64,000 nucleotides of DNA from an uncultured bacterium (GTDB taxonomy: Bacteria > Fidelibacterota > Marinisomatia > Marinisomatales > TCS56): positions 21,926 through 85,925 of the forward strand of contig CAZIJQ010000002.1 in the NCBI GenBank assembly GCA_964539785.1, in the 5' to 3' direction. The notes beneath the pieces were generated by a model. It was not told the origin of the DNA, did not search any database, and saw only the letters and a list, made by a program, of their open reading frames with translations. Position 1 is the first letter of the stretch, and each line of letters begins with the position of its first letter. Shown here piece after piece: positions 1-10,800 of this stretch. A program made the translations under genes and the position numbers.

Positions 1-16
1 TTATTATAATTTTGCT

Positions 17-1225
17 TTAATCTATCTTTTTACCTTTGGGTTGCCCAATTTCCTGTAGTAGTTGTGCAAACCAGTCAGTATTAATATCAAATGGTTTGCC
101 ACCGGCAACACGTTTAAAATCAATTAAACACAACCTGCCATTTTTAGCCATATCAAGCCCGGCCAGACCGCTTTTACGCTCCAATGCGGATTTTGCAGCT
201 AACTCAGCACAACGTTGGATAAGCTCCAGATCCGCCTGGTTTGGCGCTGCTGATCGGCCAAAATAACCGCTTTTCTGGACCAATGTTTTTTCCGCACCGA
301 GGCGGACGGAAAACTGCTTCGCAAACCAGTTACCGGGATTAATGAAATCAAGTTTGACATGACCAAAGGCATCCCGGGCAACTTTTTCACCCTGGAATTC
401 AAGCTCAGCGACAATACTATCAATGCCGGCCCCCTCGCTTAAGAAAATATTAACGCCATCTTTCTCATCCATTCGTTTACGCAAGCGTTTGGTTTCCGCC
501 GCCAGATCAATCTCCATTTCGGGAACGTAAACTGCATCGATATCCCAACGGGCACGATCAATCAGGATATCCGGAAGAAATGACTTCTGATCAAGTAATT
601 TCCGGTAATCACGAGCTGTTGCCGCAGTCAACCAACCGCAGTTTCGGCCCATTACCTCATGAATAATCAATTGGCGAGTGCTGGTGGTATTTTCATTGGC
701 AACATTATTGAAGAACAAAGCACCCTGCTCGGCCGCCGTCCAGGCACCCAGGGTTTGCGAAAGGGGAAAAACATCATTATCAACAGTTTTTGGTAGGCCA
801 ACCACAGTCAGGTTATAATCGTTTTCGGCCAGATACTTTGCTAATTCGCCAGCCATTGTATTGGTGTCATCGCCGCCAATAGTATGTAAAATATCTACGC
901 TATCTTTCACCAGTTGTTGAGCAGCTACCTCCAATGGATTCTCACCGAGCTTAACCAAGCCGCGTTTTTCACAATCTTTTACATTAGTCAGTTTAACGCG
1001 GCTGTTACCGATAGGACTACCACCGTACTGCAGCAAAATATCAGCCTGTTTCTTTACTTCATCGGAGAATTCCAGACTATTCCCCAATAGCAATCCTTGA
1101 TAACCGTTAAGATAACCAATCAATGTGGCATCCGGAGCCAATCGATTGTAATTCTGAATCAAAGCGCCAATTGATGAAGAGAGGCAGGGAGCGATTCCCC
1201 CAGCAGTTAAAAATGCAATTTTCAT
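17..1225 (-). CDS. pfp: Pyrophosphate-dependent 6-phosphofructokinase
   Basis: 402-aa ORF with PFK-family motifs TIGGDDTNT, GLPKTVDNDV and MGRNCGW. The Asp in GGDD and the Lys in PKT are the residues established to distinguish PPi-dependent from ATP-dependent PFKs. Confidence 0.85.
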   Translation of the reverse strand: MKIAFLTAGGIAPCLSSSIGALIQNYNRLAPDATLIGYLNGYQGLLLGNSLEFSDEVKKQADILLQYGGSPIGNSRVKLTNVKDCEKRGLVKLGENPLEVAAQQLVKDSVDILHTIGGDDTNTMAGELAKYLAENDYNLTVVGLPKTVDNDVFPLSQTLGAWTAAEQGALFFNNVANENTTSTRQLIIHEVMGRNCGWLTAATARDYRKLLDQKSFLPDILIDRARWDIDAVYVPEMEIDLAAETKRLRKRMDEKDGVNIFLSEGAGIDSIVAELEFQGEKVARDAFGHVKLDFINPGNWFAKQFSVRLGAEKTLVQKSGYFGRSAAPNQADLELIQRCAELAAKSALERKSGLAGLDMAKNGRLCLIDFKRVAGGKPFDINTDWFAQLLQEIGQPKGKKID

Positions 1226-1386
1226 ATTTCCATCACGCTATTTTTCACCAAAAATAAGATTATAAATTTAATGCTGATTAAGATCAGAATACAGAATTCA
1301 TCTGCGGTATATCGACACGAAACTAAAAAAATACCCGTGACTTACAAACGGCAGTCTGCGTATTTTCAATTAATGGGGATTGTTAA

Positions 1387-3339
1387 ATGACACAAGAATT
1401 ATGGGTACCGACCGGACTACAGGTAGACCGGTCGCAAATGAACCTTTTTAGAAAGTTTATCAATGATCGACATAGTCTGAATATTGAAGAATATAGTGAA
1501 TTGCATGACTGGTCTGTCAAAAATATTACGGATTTCTGGGCGGCAGTTTGGGATTATGGTGAACTCATCTCATCTCACGCTGCCAGTGAAATTGTGGATG
1601 ATTCCTGTAAAATGCCCGGCGCACAATGGTTCAAAAGAGCTCGATTAAATTTTGCGGAAAATTTACTCCGTTATCAGGATGATCAACCGGCCATAATCTA
1701 TCAAGCGGAGGGACGTAAGCCATACACTACCAGCTATAAGCAATTATATCAAACCGTATCCCGGATATCCCAGGCACTCAGGGAAGCCGGGGTTCAGCCT
1801 GGTGACCGGGTGGTGGGTTTCGTACCCAATATGCCAATAGCGGTATTCGCCATGTTGGCCTGTACGGCAATTGGAGCAATCTGGAGTTCCTGCTCACCTG
1901 ATTTCGGGATTACAGGCGTACTGGATCGTTTCCGACAAATCAAGCCAAAAATCATGTTTGCCGTCGACGGTTATTATTATAATGGCAAGAAATTTAATTA
2001 CACTGATAAAATCCGCTCGATTGCGAAAGAACTGCCATCGCTGGAAAAAGTTGTGATCACCCCCTACATCACCCACAGCCCCGACTTATCAGATATTCCC
2101 AATGGCATTAACTATTCGACATTTATTGCCGGGAAACAACCCAAGAAAATTGAATTCGAGCAATTGCCATTTGATCACCCATTGTACATTATGTATTCGT
2201 CCGGCACCACCGGCTTACCAAAATCGATTGTCCATGGTGCCGGCGGAACGTTGTTGCAGCACACGAAAGAATTACGCCTGCACACCGATCTAACCCACGA
2301 GGATACAATTTTCTATTTCACAACCTGTGGCTGGATGATGTGGAACTGGTTGGTGTCCTCTTTATCGGTAGGAGCAACGATAGTATTATTTGAAGGCTCG
2401 CCTTTTTACCCAGATGCCTATGCCCTTTGGCAAATGGCTAATGATCTGGGAGTCACCGTATTTGGCACCAGCGCCAAATATCTGGCCAGTTGCGAATCCG
2501 CTGGTATTGTACCAAAAACCAAATTCAAACTGGAGAAACTACGCGCCATTTTGTCAACCGGATCACCACTGGCAAATGAAAGTTTTGACTATGTCTACCA
2601 GAACATCAAACGCGATGTAATGCTGAGTTCAATTGCCGGTGGAACTGATATTATATCCTGCTTCATGCTGGGAAATCCAATCCTGCCGGTATATCGAGGT
2701 GAAATTCAATGCGCGGGATTGGGCATGGCCGTTGCCGCTTATAATGATCAGGGTGAATCGGTCATCAATCAGCGCGGGGAGTTGGTCTGTGGTAAGCCCT
2801 TCCCTTCAATGCCAATCAACTTTTGGAATGATCCCGATGGTTCTAAATATCAGAAGGCTTATTTTGAAAAATATCCCGGTATCTGGCACCATGGCGATTT
2901 CATTATTATCAGTGAGCACGGCGGCATTACCATGTTGGGGCGCAGTGACGCAACTCTCAATCCCGGAGGAGTGCGGATCGGTACGGCGGAAATTTACCGG
3001 GTGGTGGAAAATATCCCTGGAATAATTGACAGTCTGGTAGTAGGGCAAAAATGGCAAAATGATGAACGCATTCTGTTATTTGTCAAGTTGGAAGATGGAC
3101 TGATCCTGGATGACCTATTAATTAGCAGGATCAGACAAGTCATAAAAGCCGGTTGCTCTCCTCGACATGTTCCGGCCAGGATATTTGCGATAGCAGATAT
3201 ACCTTACACTATAAACGGAAAAAAGGTCGAACTGGCTGTCAAAAATATTATTGCCGGCGAAGATGTTACCAATCGAGAGGCATTGGCAAATCCAAATATT
3301 CTTGATCTGTATCAGAATCTGCCGGATATTGATCAATAA
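1387..3339 (+). CDS. Acetoacetyl-CoA synthetase (acetoacetate-CoA ligase, AMP-forming)
   Basis: 650-aa ORF with the AMP-binding signature YSSGTTGLPKSIVHG. Length and N-terminal region are typical of the acetoacetate-CoA ligase subfamily. An RBS-like GGGGA lies upstream. Confidence 0.75.
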   Translation: MTQELWVPTGLQVDRSQMNLFRKFINDRHSLNIEEYSELHDWSVKNITDFWAAVWDYGELISSHAASEIVDDSCKMPGAQWFKRARLNFAENLLRYQDDQPAIIYQAEGRKPYTTSYKQLYQTVSRISQALREAGVQPGDRVVGFVPNMPIAVFAMLACTAIGAIWSSCSPDFGITGVLDRFRQIKPKIMFAVDGYYYNGKKFNYTDKIRSIAKELPSLEKVVITPYITHSPDLSDIPNGINYSTFIAGKQPKKIEFEQLPFDHPLYIMYSSGTTGLPKSIVHGAGGTLLQHTKELRLHTDLTHEDTIFYFTTCGWMMWNWLVSSLSVGATIVLFEGSPFYPDAYALWQMANDLGVTVFGTSAKYLASCESAGIVPKTKFKLEKLRAILSTGSPLANESFDYVYQNIKRDVMLSSIAGGTDIISCFMLGNPILPVYRGEIQCAGLGMAVAAYNDQGESVINQRGELVCGKPFPSMPINFWNDPDGSKYQKAYFEKYPGIWHHGDFIIISEHGGITMLGRSDATLNPGGVRIGTAEIYRVVENIPGIIDSLVVGQKWQNDERILLFVKLEDGLILDDLLISRIRQVIKAGCSPRHVPARIFAIADIPYTINGKKVELAVKNIIAGEDVTNREALANPNILDLYQNLPDIDQ

Positions 3340-3369
3340 AAAAGGGCCACCCAGTTGGTGACCCTTTTC
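3338..3369. terminator. Bidirectional rho-independent terminator between convergent genes
   Basis: Stem GGGCCACC/GGTGACCC (3344-3364, one mismatch, loop CAGTT) flanked by an A-run (3338-3343) and a T-run (3365-3368). It lies between stop codons at 3339 (+) and 3414 (-). Confidence 0.6.
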
Positions 3370-3413
3370 AGATTGTAGGGTTGAACGAATTCCAGCCAGG
3401 AATTCATTCAGAT

Positions 3414-4415
3414 TTATTTCATATTCTTGAAAATGTCGATCAGATCAACAACCCGGTTGGAATAGCCCCATTCATTATCATACCAATTCACGGTTTTAAC
3501 CATATTACCGCCCACAACTTTTGTATAGGGCGCATCATAGATGGAGGAATGGGGATTACCAATAATATCGGTGGAAACCACGGGCAGCGTGGAATATTCC
3601 AACACTCCTTTCATGGCTTCGGAATTTGCGGCATCCATTACGGCTTCATTGATCTTTTCAATTGTAGTATCGGATTTGAGTTTTACAATTGAATCAACCA
3701 CGGAACCATCGGCAACGGGTACGCGCATGGCGATGCCATCCAGTTTACCTTTCAATGCCGGCAGGACCACCCCTACGGCCCGTGCAGCACCAGTGGTAGT
3801 GGGAATTACATTTTCGGCGGCGGCACGGCTGCGGCGAAAATCGGTATGGGGCACGTCTGCAAGACGCTGATCATTCGTATAGGCATGAACGGTGTTGATA
3901 ACACCGTATTCAATCCCAAAAGCATCGTTCAAGACTTTAGCAATTGGGGCGAGACAATTGGTAGTACAACTGGCGTTGGATACAATACGATGCTCCGGTT
4001 TTAAACCTTTGTCGTTGACACCGATAACTACCGTGTAATCGATCTCATCTTTGGCGGGAACGGTCAGAATAACCCGCTTGGCGCCGGCTTCAAGATGGGG
4101 AGTCAATTTTGCACGGGTGCGGAATATTCCGGTTGCTTCAACAACGACATCAACACCAAGCTCCTGCCAGGGCAAATCCGCCGGATCGTAAACCGCCAGC
4201 ATTTTAACTCTCTGATGAGAGGTAATCATCATATCCCCTTCAGTGTTAACTGTATCATCAAAACGGCGCATTACAGTGTCGTACTTCAGCAAGTATGCCA
4301 GAGCAGCATTTGTGGCAATATCATTGATAGCCACTATTTCAATATCTTTCCGAGAATTTAAAATTCGAAAAACCGAACGACCAATGCGGCCAAATCCATT
4401 AATTGCTATTCTCAT
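3414..4415 (-). CDS. gap: Glyceraldehyde-3-phosphate dehydrogenase, type I
   Basis: 333 aa with NGFGRIGR NAD fingerprint, active site SNASCTTNCLAP, TVHAYT, and C-terminal WYDNEWGYS. Confidence 0.92.
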   Translation of the reverse strand: MRIAINGFGRIGRSVFRILNSRKDIEIVAINDIATNAALAYLLKYDTVMRRFDDTVNTEGDMMITSHQRVKMLAVYDPADLPWQELGVDVVVEATGIFRTRAKLTPHLEAGAKRVILTVPAKDEIDYTVVIGVNDKGLKPEHRIVSNASCTTNCLAPIAKVLNDAFGIEYGVINTVHAYTNDQRLADVPHTDFRRSRAAAENVIPTTTGAARAVGVVLPALKGKLDGIAMRVPVADGSVVDSIVKLKSDTTIEKINEAVMDAANSEAMKGVLEYSTLPVVSTDIIGNPHSSIYDAPYTKVVGGNMVKTVNWYDNEWGYSNRVVDLIDIFKNMK

Positions 4416-5431
4416 GATTTTTCCTCCAGACGATGATAAGCATCAATTGTTTCCAGAATTCGTTTGGAGTAACCCCAACCATTGTCGAACCAACTAATGG
4501 TTTTTACCAGCTTATTATTAATGACCATGGTTGCTATGCTGTCATGGATGAGGGTTTCACTAATACCAATTACATCGCTTGATACGATGGGGTCTTCGGT
4601 GTATCCAACAATACCGGCCAATTCACCTTCTGACACAGCCTTCATCACTTTGTTCAATTCAGCTGCTGTTGGAATATTTTCCAGCTCTGCCGTCAAATCG
4701 ATGCAGGAACCATCCATAACCGGCACATTGAAAGCTATGCCATCGAGTTTGTTTTTGAACTGGGGCATGATCTGTTCCACAATTCCAGGTGCCCAGGTTT
4801 GATTTGGAATAATATTTTCAACTGCCGAACGACTGCGACGAAGATCGGATCGCGCAGAATCGGCCAATGGTTGATCAGAAGTATAAGCGTGGACGGTAGT
4901 CATCATAGCCCGCTTTAAACCAAAGTTTTCATCAAGTATTTTCGACATCAGAGTCAAAACATGTACAGTCGATGATGTGGAACTTATTATTCGATCTTCG
5001 AACGCAATGTCTTGCTCATTGGCACCAATCACGACAATTCGATCGACTTCATCCACTGGGGGAACCGTCACGATAACACGTTTTGCACCGGCGTCGACAT
5101 ATTTTTGCAATTCTTCTTTTTTGCGAAATTTCCCCGTAGCGTCGATTACTATATCCACATCAAATAAATCCCAGGGAATACTGCCGGGTTGCCCGCCATC
5201 GAATATGCGGGATTTCTGGTCCCCCAGAATTAAATGGTTTTCTTCCAATACGGCATTCTCTGTCATTGGTCCGTGAACGGAATCACGCATTAGAAGATAA
5301 TGTAAAGATTCGGGCTGACCAATATCACTGATGGCTACAAACTGATAATTGGGATTATTATAACCTATCCGATACAGATTACGGCCAATGCGACCAAAAC
5401 CAACCAGTCCGATTTTTACTGGTTTACTCAT
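4412..5431 (-). CDS. GAPDH-like paralog lacking the catalytic cysteine
   Basis: 339 aa with VGFGRIGR, TVHAYTSDQ and WFDNGWGYS conserved. The active-site segment reads SSTSSTVHVLTL where gap has SNASCTTNCLAP. Its stop overlaps the gap start (ATGA at 4412-4415). Confidence 0.75.
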   Translation of the reverse strand: MSKPVKIGLVGFGRIGRNLYRIGYNNPNYQFVAISDIGQPESLHYLLMRDSVHGPMTENAVLEENHLILGDQKSRIFDGGQPGSIPWDLFDVDIVIDATGKFRKKEELQKYVDAGAKRVIVTVPPVDEVDRIVVIGANEQDIAFEDRIISSTSSTVHVLTLMSKILDENFGLKRAMMTTVHAYTSDQPLADSARSDLRRSRSAVENIIPNQTWAPGIVEQIMPQFKNKLDGIAFNVPVMDGSCIDLTAELENIPTAAELNKVMKAVSEGELAGIVGYTEDPIVSSDVIGISETLIHDSIATMVINNKLVKTISWFDNGWGYSKRILETIDAYHRLEEKS

Positions 5432-5534
5432 ATTCTACCTGCCATTTCATTCATTATGATTGTTAAACAACCTTCCATTTTAGCCAGTTAATTTACGCAA
5501 CTAATTAACTCGAAAATAGCAAAACAGGTACGTA

Positions 5535-5562
5535 GTAGAGACGCGACATGTCGCGTCTCTAC
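5535..5562. repeat. 28-nt perfect palindrome/hairpin GTAGAGACGCGAC-AT-GTCGCGTCTCTAC
   Basis: Read directly. The arms are perfectly complementary. It lies in the htpG-to-GAPDH-like intergenic region. Confidence 0.9.
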
Positions 5563-5576
5563 CGGCAAAATTTGAC

Positions 5577-5606
5577 GTAGGGACAACTCTTGAGAGTTGT
5601 CCCTAC
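5577..5606. repeat. 30-nt perfect hairpin GTAGGGACAACTC-TTGA-GAGTTGTCCCTAC
   Basis: Read directly: 13-bp perfect stem and 4-nt loop. It shares the GTAGRGAC...GTCYCTAC clamp with the hairpin 14 nt to its left. Confidence 0.9.
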
Positions 5607-5663
5607 AAAACAAATAACAATAAATTAATGACCGCCTGTTGAAAAACTGGATTCTGACAGAAT

Positions 5664-7523
5664 TTAGTCGGTAGCTTTAGTCATCAATTCTGTCATCCGT
5701 TCAACAAAATCAGTAGGTGTTTCCAGATTGCCCTGAATCAACTGGGCACCTTCGAACAACTGGAGGATACTAATGCGGAGAGTTGGGTCTTTGCTGTCGC
5801 CGAGATTGACACGCGCCAGGTTTTTAATCAGCGGATGCTTGGTATTGATTTCCAGAATCTTTTTCTGGGAAGAATATTTTTCATCCATCATCTTCATCAT
5901 CCGCTCCATCTGGGCGTCCATGGCATCCTTACCGGTCACCAGAGTGCAGGCCGAATTCACCAATCGTTTGGATTCGATTACATTTTCGACTTTGTCACCA
6001 AGCGTTTCCTTAAACACTTCAATCAATGGTTTTGACAGATCCTCGTTAAGCGCTTCCACTCCTTCATCTTCCGATCTTGCTATATCAAGATCAGCTTTCT
6101 CGATAGATTGCAACGCTTTTTTATCGTATTCATGAATCGCGGGAACAGTCATGACGTCATAGGGATCGCTGAGCAATAAAACTTCAATATCGTTCTTCTT
6201 GAAATATTCAAGATTGGGGTTTTTCAAAACCGAAGATCGATCTTCACCAGCCAGATAGTAAATATATTTCTGTTCGGAATCCATGCGATCAACGTATTCC
6301 TTCAGCGATATAAACTGCCCGGCTTCTGATTTGGTGGTCTCGAAACGGAAAAGATCTATTAGTTTTTCCCGATTGGTAAAATCCATGTTTAGACCAATCT
6401 TCAAATATTGACCAAATTCTTTATAAAAGCGATCATATTTGCCGCGATCCTTTTTGGCCCAATCCTGCAATAAACCAAGGATTTTACTGACAACAACCTG
6501 GTTTATTTTCTGCATTACCGGACTTGATTGAGTCACTTCGCGGCTGACGTTAAGCGGCAAATCTTCAGTATCCACAACTCCTTTTACAAAACGCAGGTAT
6601 TCCGGCAATAATTCTTTGGCATCATCCTGGATGAATATTTTATCGGCGTACAAATTCAAAGTTTTTTCATCACGTTCGCGCATAAAATGGAGCGGCGCTT
6701 TTGAAGGGATGAATATCAAGGCTTTGAAATTGACTTTTCCTTCCAACGATAAATGTAAATGCCCCAGTGGTGGGTTAGAGTCATTAGCAATATATTTGTA
6801 AAACTCAGTCAATTGTTCTTCAGTAACCTGGTCTTTGGGTTTTTGCCAGATGGCGCCGACACGACTAAGCCGTTCTTTGCCAATTAAAATCGGGAATTCT
6901 ACAAAAGTCGAATACTTGTCAACTATATTTTTAACCCGCCATTCTTCGGCAAAGTCATGGTATTCCTTCTTCAATTTGAAAGATATTTTAGTACCACGCT
7001 TTTCACGTTTTATCGTTTCAATCGTATAAGTTCCTTTGCCTTTGGATTTCCAGCGATAGGCTTTCGAATCTTCATCAGCATGCCGGGTTTCGATTGTTAC
7101 TTCATCGGTCACCATAAATACCGAATAAAAACCGACGCCAAACTGACCGATCAAATCGCCTTCAAGGGTTTTACCTTCGGCTTTCAATTTTTCCAGATAT
7201 TCCATTGTGCCCGAGCTGGCAACCGTACCAATTTCTTCATTGAGATCTTGCTCGGTCATTCCAATCCCGGTATCCTCAATAGAGAAAGTGTGTTTCTTGC
7301 TATCGAGCGTTAACATGATTTTCAATTCTTCGTCGGGGTCAACGACAGCGTTATCTGTCAACATCCGGAAACGAACTTTATTCAATGCATCCGAAGCGTT
7401 GGAGATCAACTCGCGGAGAAATACTTCAGGATGGGTATAGAGTGAATGAACGATGAGATGCAGCAATTGCTTCATCTCGGCTTTGTATTCATATTCGTGA
7501 ATATTTGATTTCTTTGGGGGCAT
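5664..7523 (-). CDS. htpG: Molecular chaperone HtpG (Hsp90 family)
   Basis: 619 aa with the Hsp90 N-terminal signature YTHPEVFLRELISNASDALNK and the GQFGVGFYS ATP-lid motif. Confidence 0.95.
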   Translation of the reverse strand: MPPKKSNIHEYEYKAEMKQLLHLIVHSLYTHPEVFLRELISNASDALNKVRFRMLTDNAVVDPDEELKIMLTLDSKKHTFSIEDTGIGMTEQDLNEEIGTVASSGTMEYLEKLKAEGKTLEGDLIGQFGVGFYSVFMVTDEVTIETRHADEDSKAYRWKSKGKGTYTIETIKREKRGTKISFKLKKEYHDFAEEWRVKNIVDKYSTFVEFPILIGKERLSRVGAIWQKPKDQVTEEQLTEFYKYIANDSNPPLGHLHLSLEGKVNFKALIFIPSKAPLHFMRERDEKTLNLYADKIFIQDDAKELLPEYLRFVKGVVDTEDLPLNVSREVTQSSPVMQKINQVVVSKILGLLQDWAKKDRGKYDRFYKEFGQYLKIGLNMDFTNREKLIDLFRFETTKSEAGQFISLKEYVDRMDSEQKYIYYLAGEDRSSVLKNPNLEYFKKNDIEVLLLSDPYDVMTVPAIHEYDKKALQSIEKADLDIARSEDEGVEALNEDLSKPLIEVFKETLGDKVENVIESKRLVNSACTLVTGKDAMDAQMERMMKMMDEKYSSQKKILEINTKHPLIKNLARVNLGDSKDPTLRISILQLFEGAQLIQGNLETPTDFVERMTELMTKATD

Positions 7524-7809
7524 AATTAAATCCTATTTATTGTATACTTTTTGTTTTGATACTGGAAAATCTAATTTGTTACGTTAAATTTATATTTTTG
7601 TTTTGCTGATCATGATACTGCGATTATCGCCGGCGAAATTACAAATAATTTTCAATCATAAAAATCATCAGCACCTATTTATTCAAATATATGGAATATG
7701 TAAAATTCATAGACCAACATCCCGGGTTAATCCTAAATTCCCCAATCAAAATTTAATCGGCCAGGGAGATTATTAATCTCCTGTAAATCATAACAAGGAA
7801 TTTGATTAC

Positions 7810-10800
7810 ATGAGAATAGCAAAAATTTTACTACTGCTGGGATTATTCAACATATCAGGCTGGGGCCAGACTGGTAATACAGAATTTCGATCAACCTGGG
7901 TTATTACCTGGGAACATATTCATTCATCATGGACAGCCGAGCAAAACAAAACCCATGTCCGTGAGATACTCGATAATCATAAAGCCGCCAATATGAATGC
8001 CGTATTATGGCAGGTACGACAGAGTGGTACAGCTTATTACGATTCTGATTACGAACCCTGGGGATATTACGCTGGTTATAGCGATCCCGGTTACGATCCG
8101 CTCCAGTATGTAATTGAGGAAGCTCACAAACGCGGAATTGAAGTCCATGCCTGGTTCAATGTATTCTCTGCAGCATCAACAGCCGCTGGCACCCCTGCGG
8201 CTGAACACCCGGATTGGGTCTGCCGCGACCAAAGCGGAATTCCAATGAGTGAAAGCAGGGCATTATCGCCCGGTTTGTCAGCCGTCCGTGATTATACACT
8301 TGATGTTGCCATGGAGATCGTCAATAACTATGATATTGACGGTATCCACCTGGATTATATCCGCTGGAATGAATACTCAAATACCAGTCGCAGTAATTTG
8401 ACCCAGGTTGAGCAGGAAAGTCAACTGGACGGGATGATCTCAGAACAGCAGATTGAAGCATTGGACAATTCTCGGACCGGCCGATATCTTTACGACGTGG
8501 ACCATCCTTACAGTGGTGGTATTCCAACTGGATACGACTCCTGGGAAGAATGGTGGCGAACCAGTGTAACAACTTTCGTTGAAATGCTCCATGATTCAAT
8601 CCAGGTAGTAAAACCCCATGTCCGGCTTTCCGTAGCTGCTCTGGGAAAATATAACTGGTCGGGCTGGCAGGGTTATGGCAGCGTGTATCAGGATGCGGCT
8701 AAATGGTTCAATGATGGTTCTATCGATCAATTAACACCAATGCATTATCATTGGACTTCCGCTACAGGATTCTTGGGTATGCTGGTTAATGATTGTCCGA
8801 GTTGCTGGAGTGATTATATTCAACCGGGTATTCAAGAACAACGAATTTTCTCCGTTGGTCCCGGATCCTACCGATTTGATGATGACAACGCCTGGAATAA
8901 TCATCCCAGTGTAATTAATGCCTGCCGGTCTGTTCAATGGATGAATGGATTTCAATTTTTCAGCTATGGTTCATGGGATCTTCATGATTATTGGAATACT
9001 GCCGGGGAAACGTTTTTTGCAAAGAGAACCAAACTTCCGGAAAATATACCAGCTAACAGCTCTGAACCTAATCCTCCAACATTAGCTCTTACCCAAAATG
9101 ATTCGCTTACATACACCATTGAAGTTATTCCTTCAGTTACCATGGAAAACAATTGGCTTATTGTCTATAGATCAGAAGATGACACATTAGAGCCAGTTAG
9201 CGATGCGATAATTGATATTAGTTTTGGAGACTCCACCCATCAATTTGTAGATCAGTTCACAGGTACTCAGGATTACAATAATGAATATGTCTATTTTGCC
9301 ACTCAAGCAAATCGGTTTTGGAATGAATCACAACCTTCTAATATGGAGGCGGGCGATTCAATCCCATCGTTTGCTCCGGTTGTACTGAGTACTTTTCCTG
9401 CGGAAGATGATACTGTCCAGGTGAATATATCTATTGCAATTGATTTCTCTAAAACGATGAATGTCGACGATGCCAGCGCTTCGTTTTCAATTACGCCAAA
9501 TATGGATTTCAGCCTGGTCTGGTCATCAAACCATAAACATGTCGATATGAATCTCTTTTATAATTTGGATTATGGAACGGACTATACTGTTACCATTGCT
9601 CCCACTCTATCTGATATTAATGGAAAAGCAATCGATGGCAATGGCGATGGTAGCGCCGGTGATGATTTTATCTTGAATTTTGTGACTGAGGATGTAGATA
9701 TCCATGGTCCGACCGTATACCAGAGTAATCTATTACTGGATGGTTCAACAAATGACCTGGAGATCGGAGATGTAGTGAATATTGTGTTCGATGAGATTAT
9801 TTCCATGAGTTCTTTGAATCTATCGTCATTCCAAATCTTGACGAATGGTCAGCCAATTGATCTCAATTATCGTTTCACTGAGTTAAATGAAAAATCAATC
9901 CTGACCCTTATACCGGAAGCGGGAACGTTTCAGCCTGACACAGAATATATGTTATCATTCGACGGGTCAATAGAAGATGTTATTGGAAATGCAATGAATC
10001 CCCTGGATGTACCATTTTCAACCGAAGCACTCCAGTATGAAGAAATATTGATGATTGACGAATTCAGTTCTATTTCAGGGAATTGGGCGGATCCGGGCTA
10101 CAGTGGTTCCACAATTGGTCACCTTGCCGGAACCAGTTTTAGCATTAGTTCGGTTTATTACCTGCCAGGTTCGAGTCCCCAAAAATCGGCACGCTTGAAT
10201 TATGTATGGGACACCGGTGCTTCCGAACATCTGATTCGCGAATATCTATCCGGCGGACCACCGCGGGAGGTTGAATTCGACACGTCTTACACGCTCCAGT
10301 GCTATATCTATGGTGATGGAAGTCATAATTTTTTCCGTTTTGCGCTGGATGACAACCTGCCCGCTACCGCGGGCAGCTATCATGAAGTAAGCGAGTGGAT
10401 CGAAATTGACTGGATCGGCTGGAAACTCATCAGCTGGAACCTGGGCTCTGATCCGGTTGGCTCTTGGTTAGGGAATGGAATTTTAGAAGGAACATTGCGG
10501 ACCGATAGTTTTCAAATTACTTACGATCCGGTCAACGGAACCCCAAGTGGCGCGATTTATTTTGATAATTACCGGCTTATCCGGAAAACCAGCGAATTGC
10601 GTACTGATCCGGATTTGGTCCGGATACCCGGTTCTTTCCGGTTAAAACAGAATTTCCCTAACCCGTTCAACCCAGTGACTAACATTCATTATGAAACTAT
10701 GGTTGGCGGCGATATGGCTCTGGTTATCTACGATATTCTAGGGAGAAAAGTAAAAACACTTGATCATGGATTTCTCCACGCCGGCGCTCATACAGCTAAA

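Noticed and set aside
7766-7782. Palindrome GGAGATTATTAATCTCC about 28 nt upstream of the GHL10-type gene, as a possible operator.
   Set aside because: It is a single short AT-rich palindrome with no second copy in the window. The evidence is insufficient for a regulatory call.
7524-7809. Heat-shock regulatory element (CIRCE or sigma-32-type promoter) upstream of htpG.
   Set aside because: There is no TTAGCACTC-N9-GAGTGCTAA-like inverted repeat, and I could recognise no convincing promoter consensus in the AT-rich divergent region.
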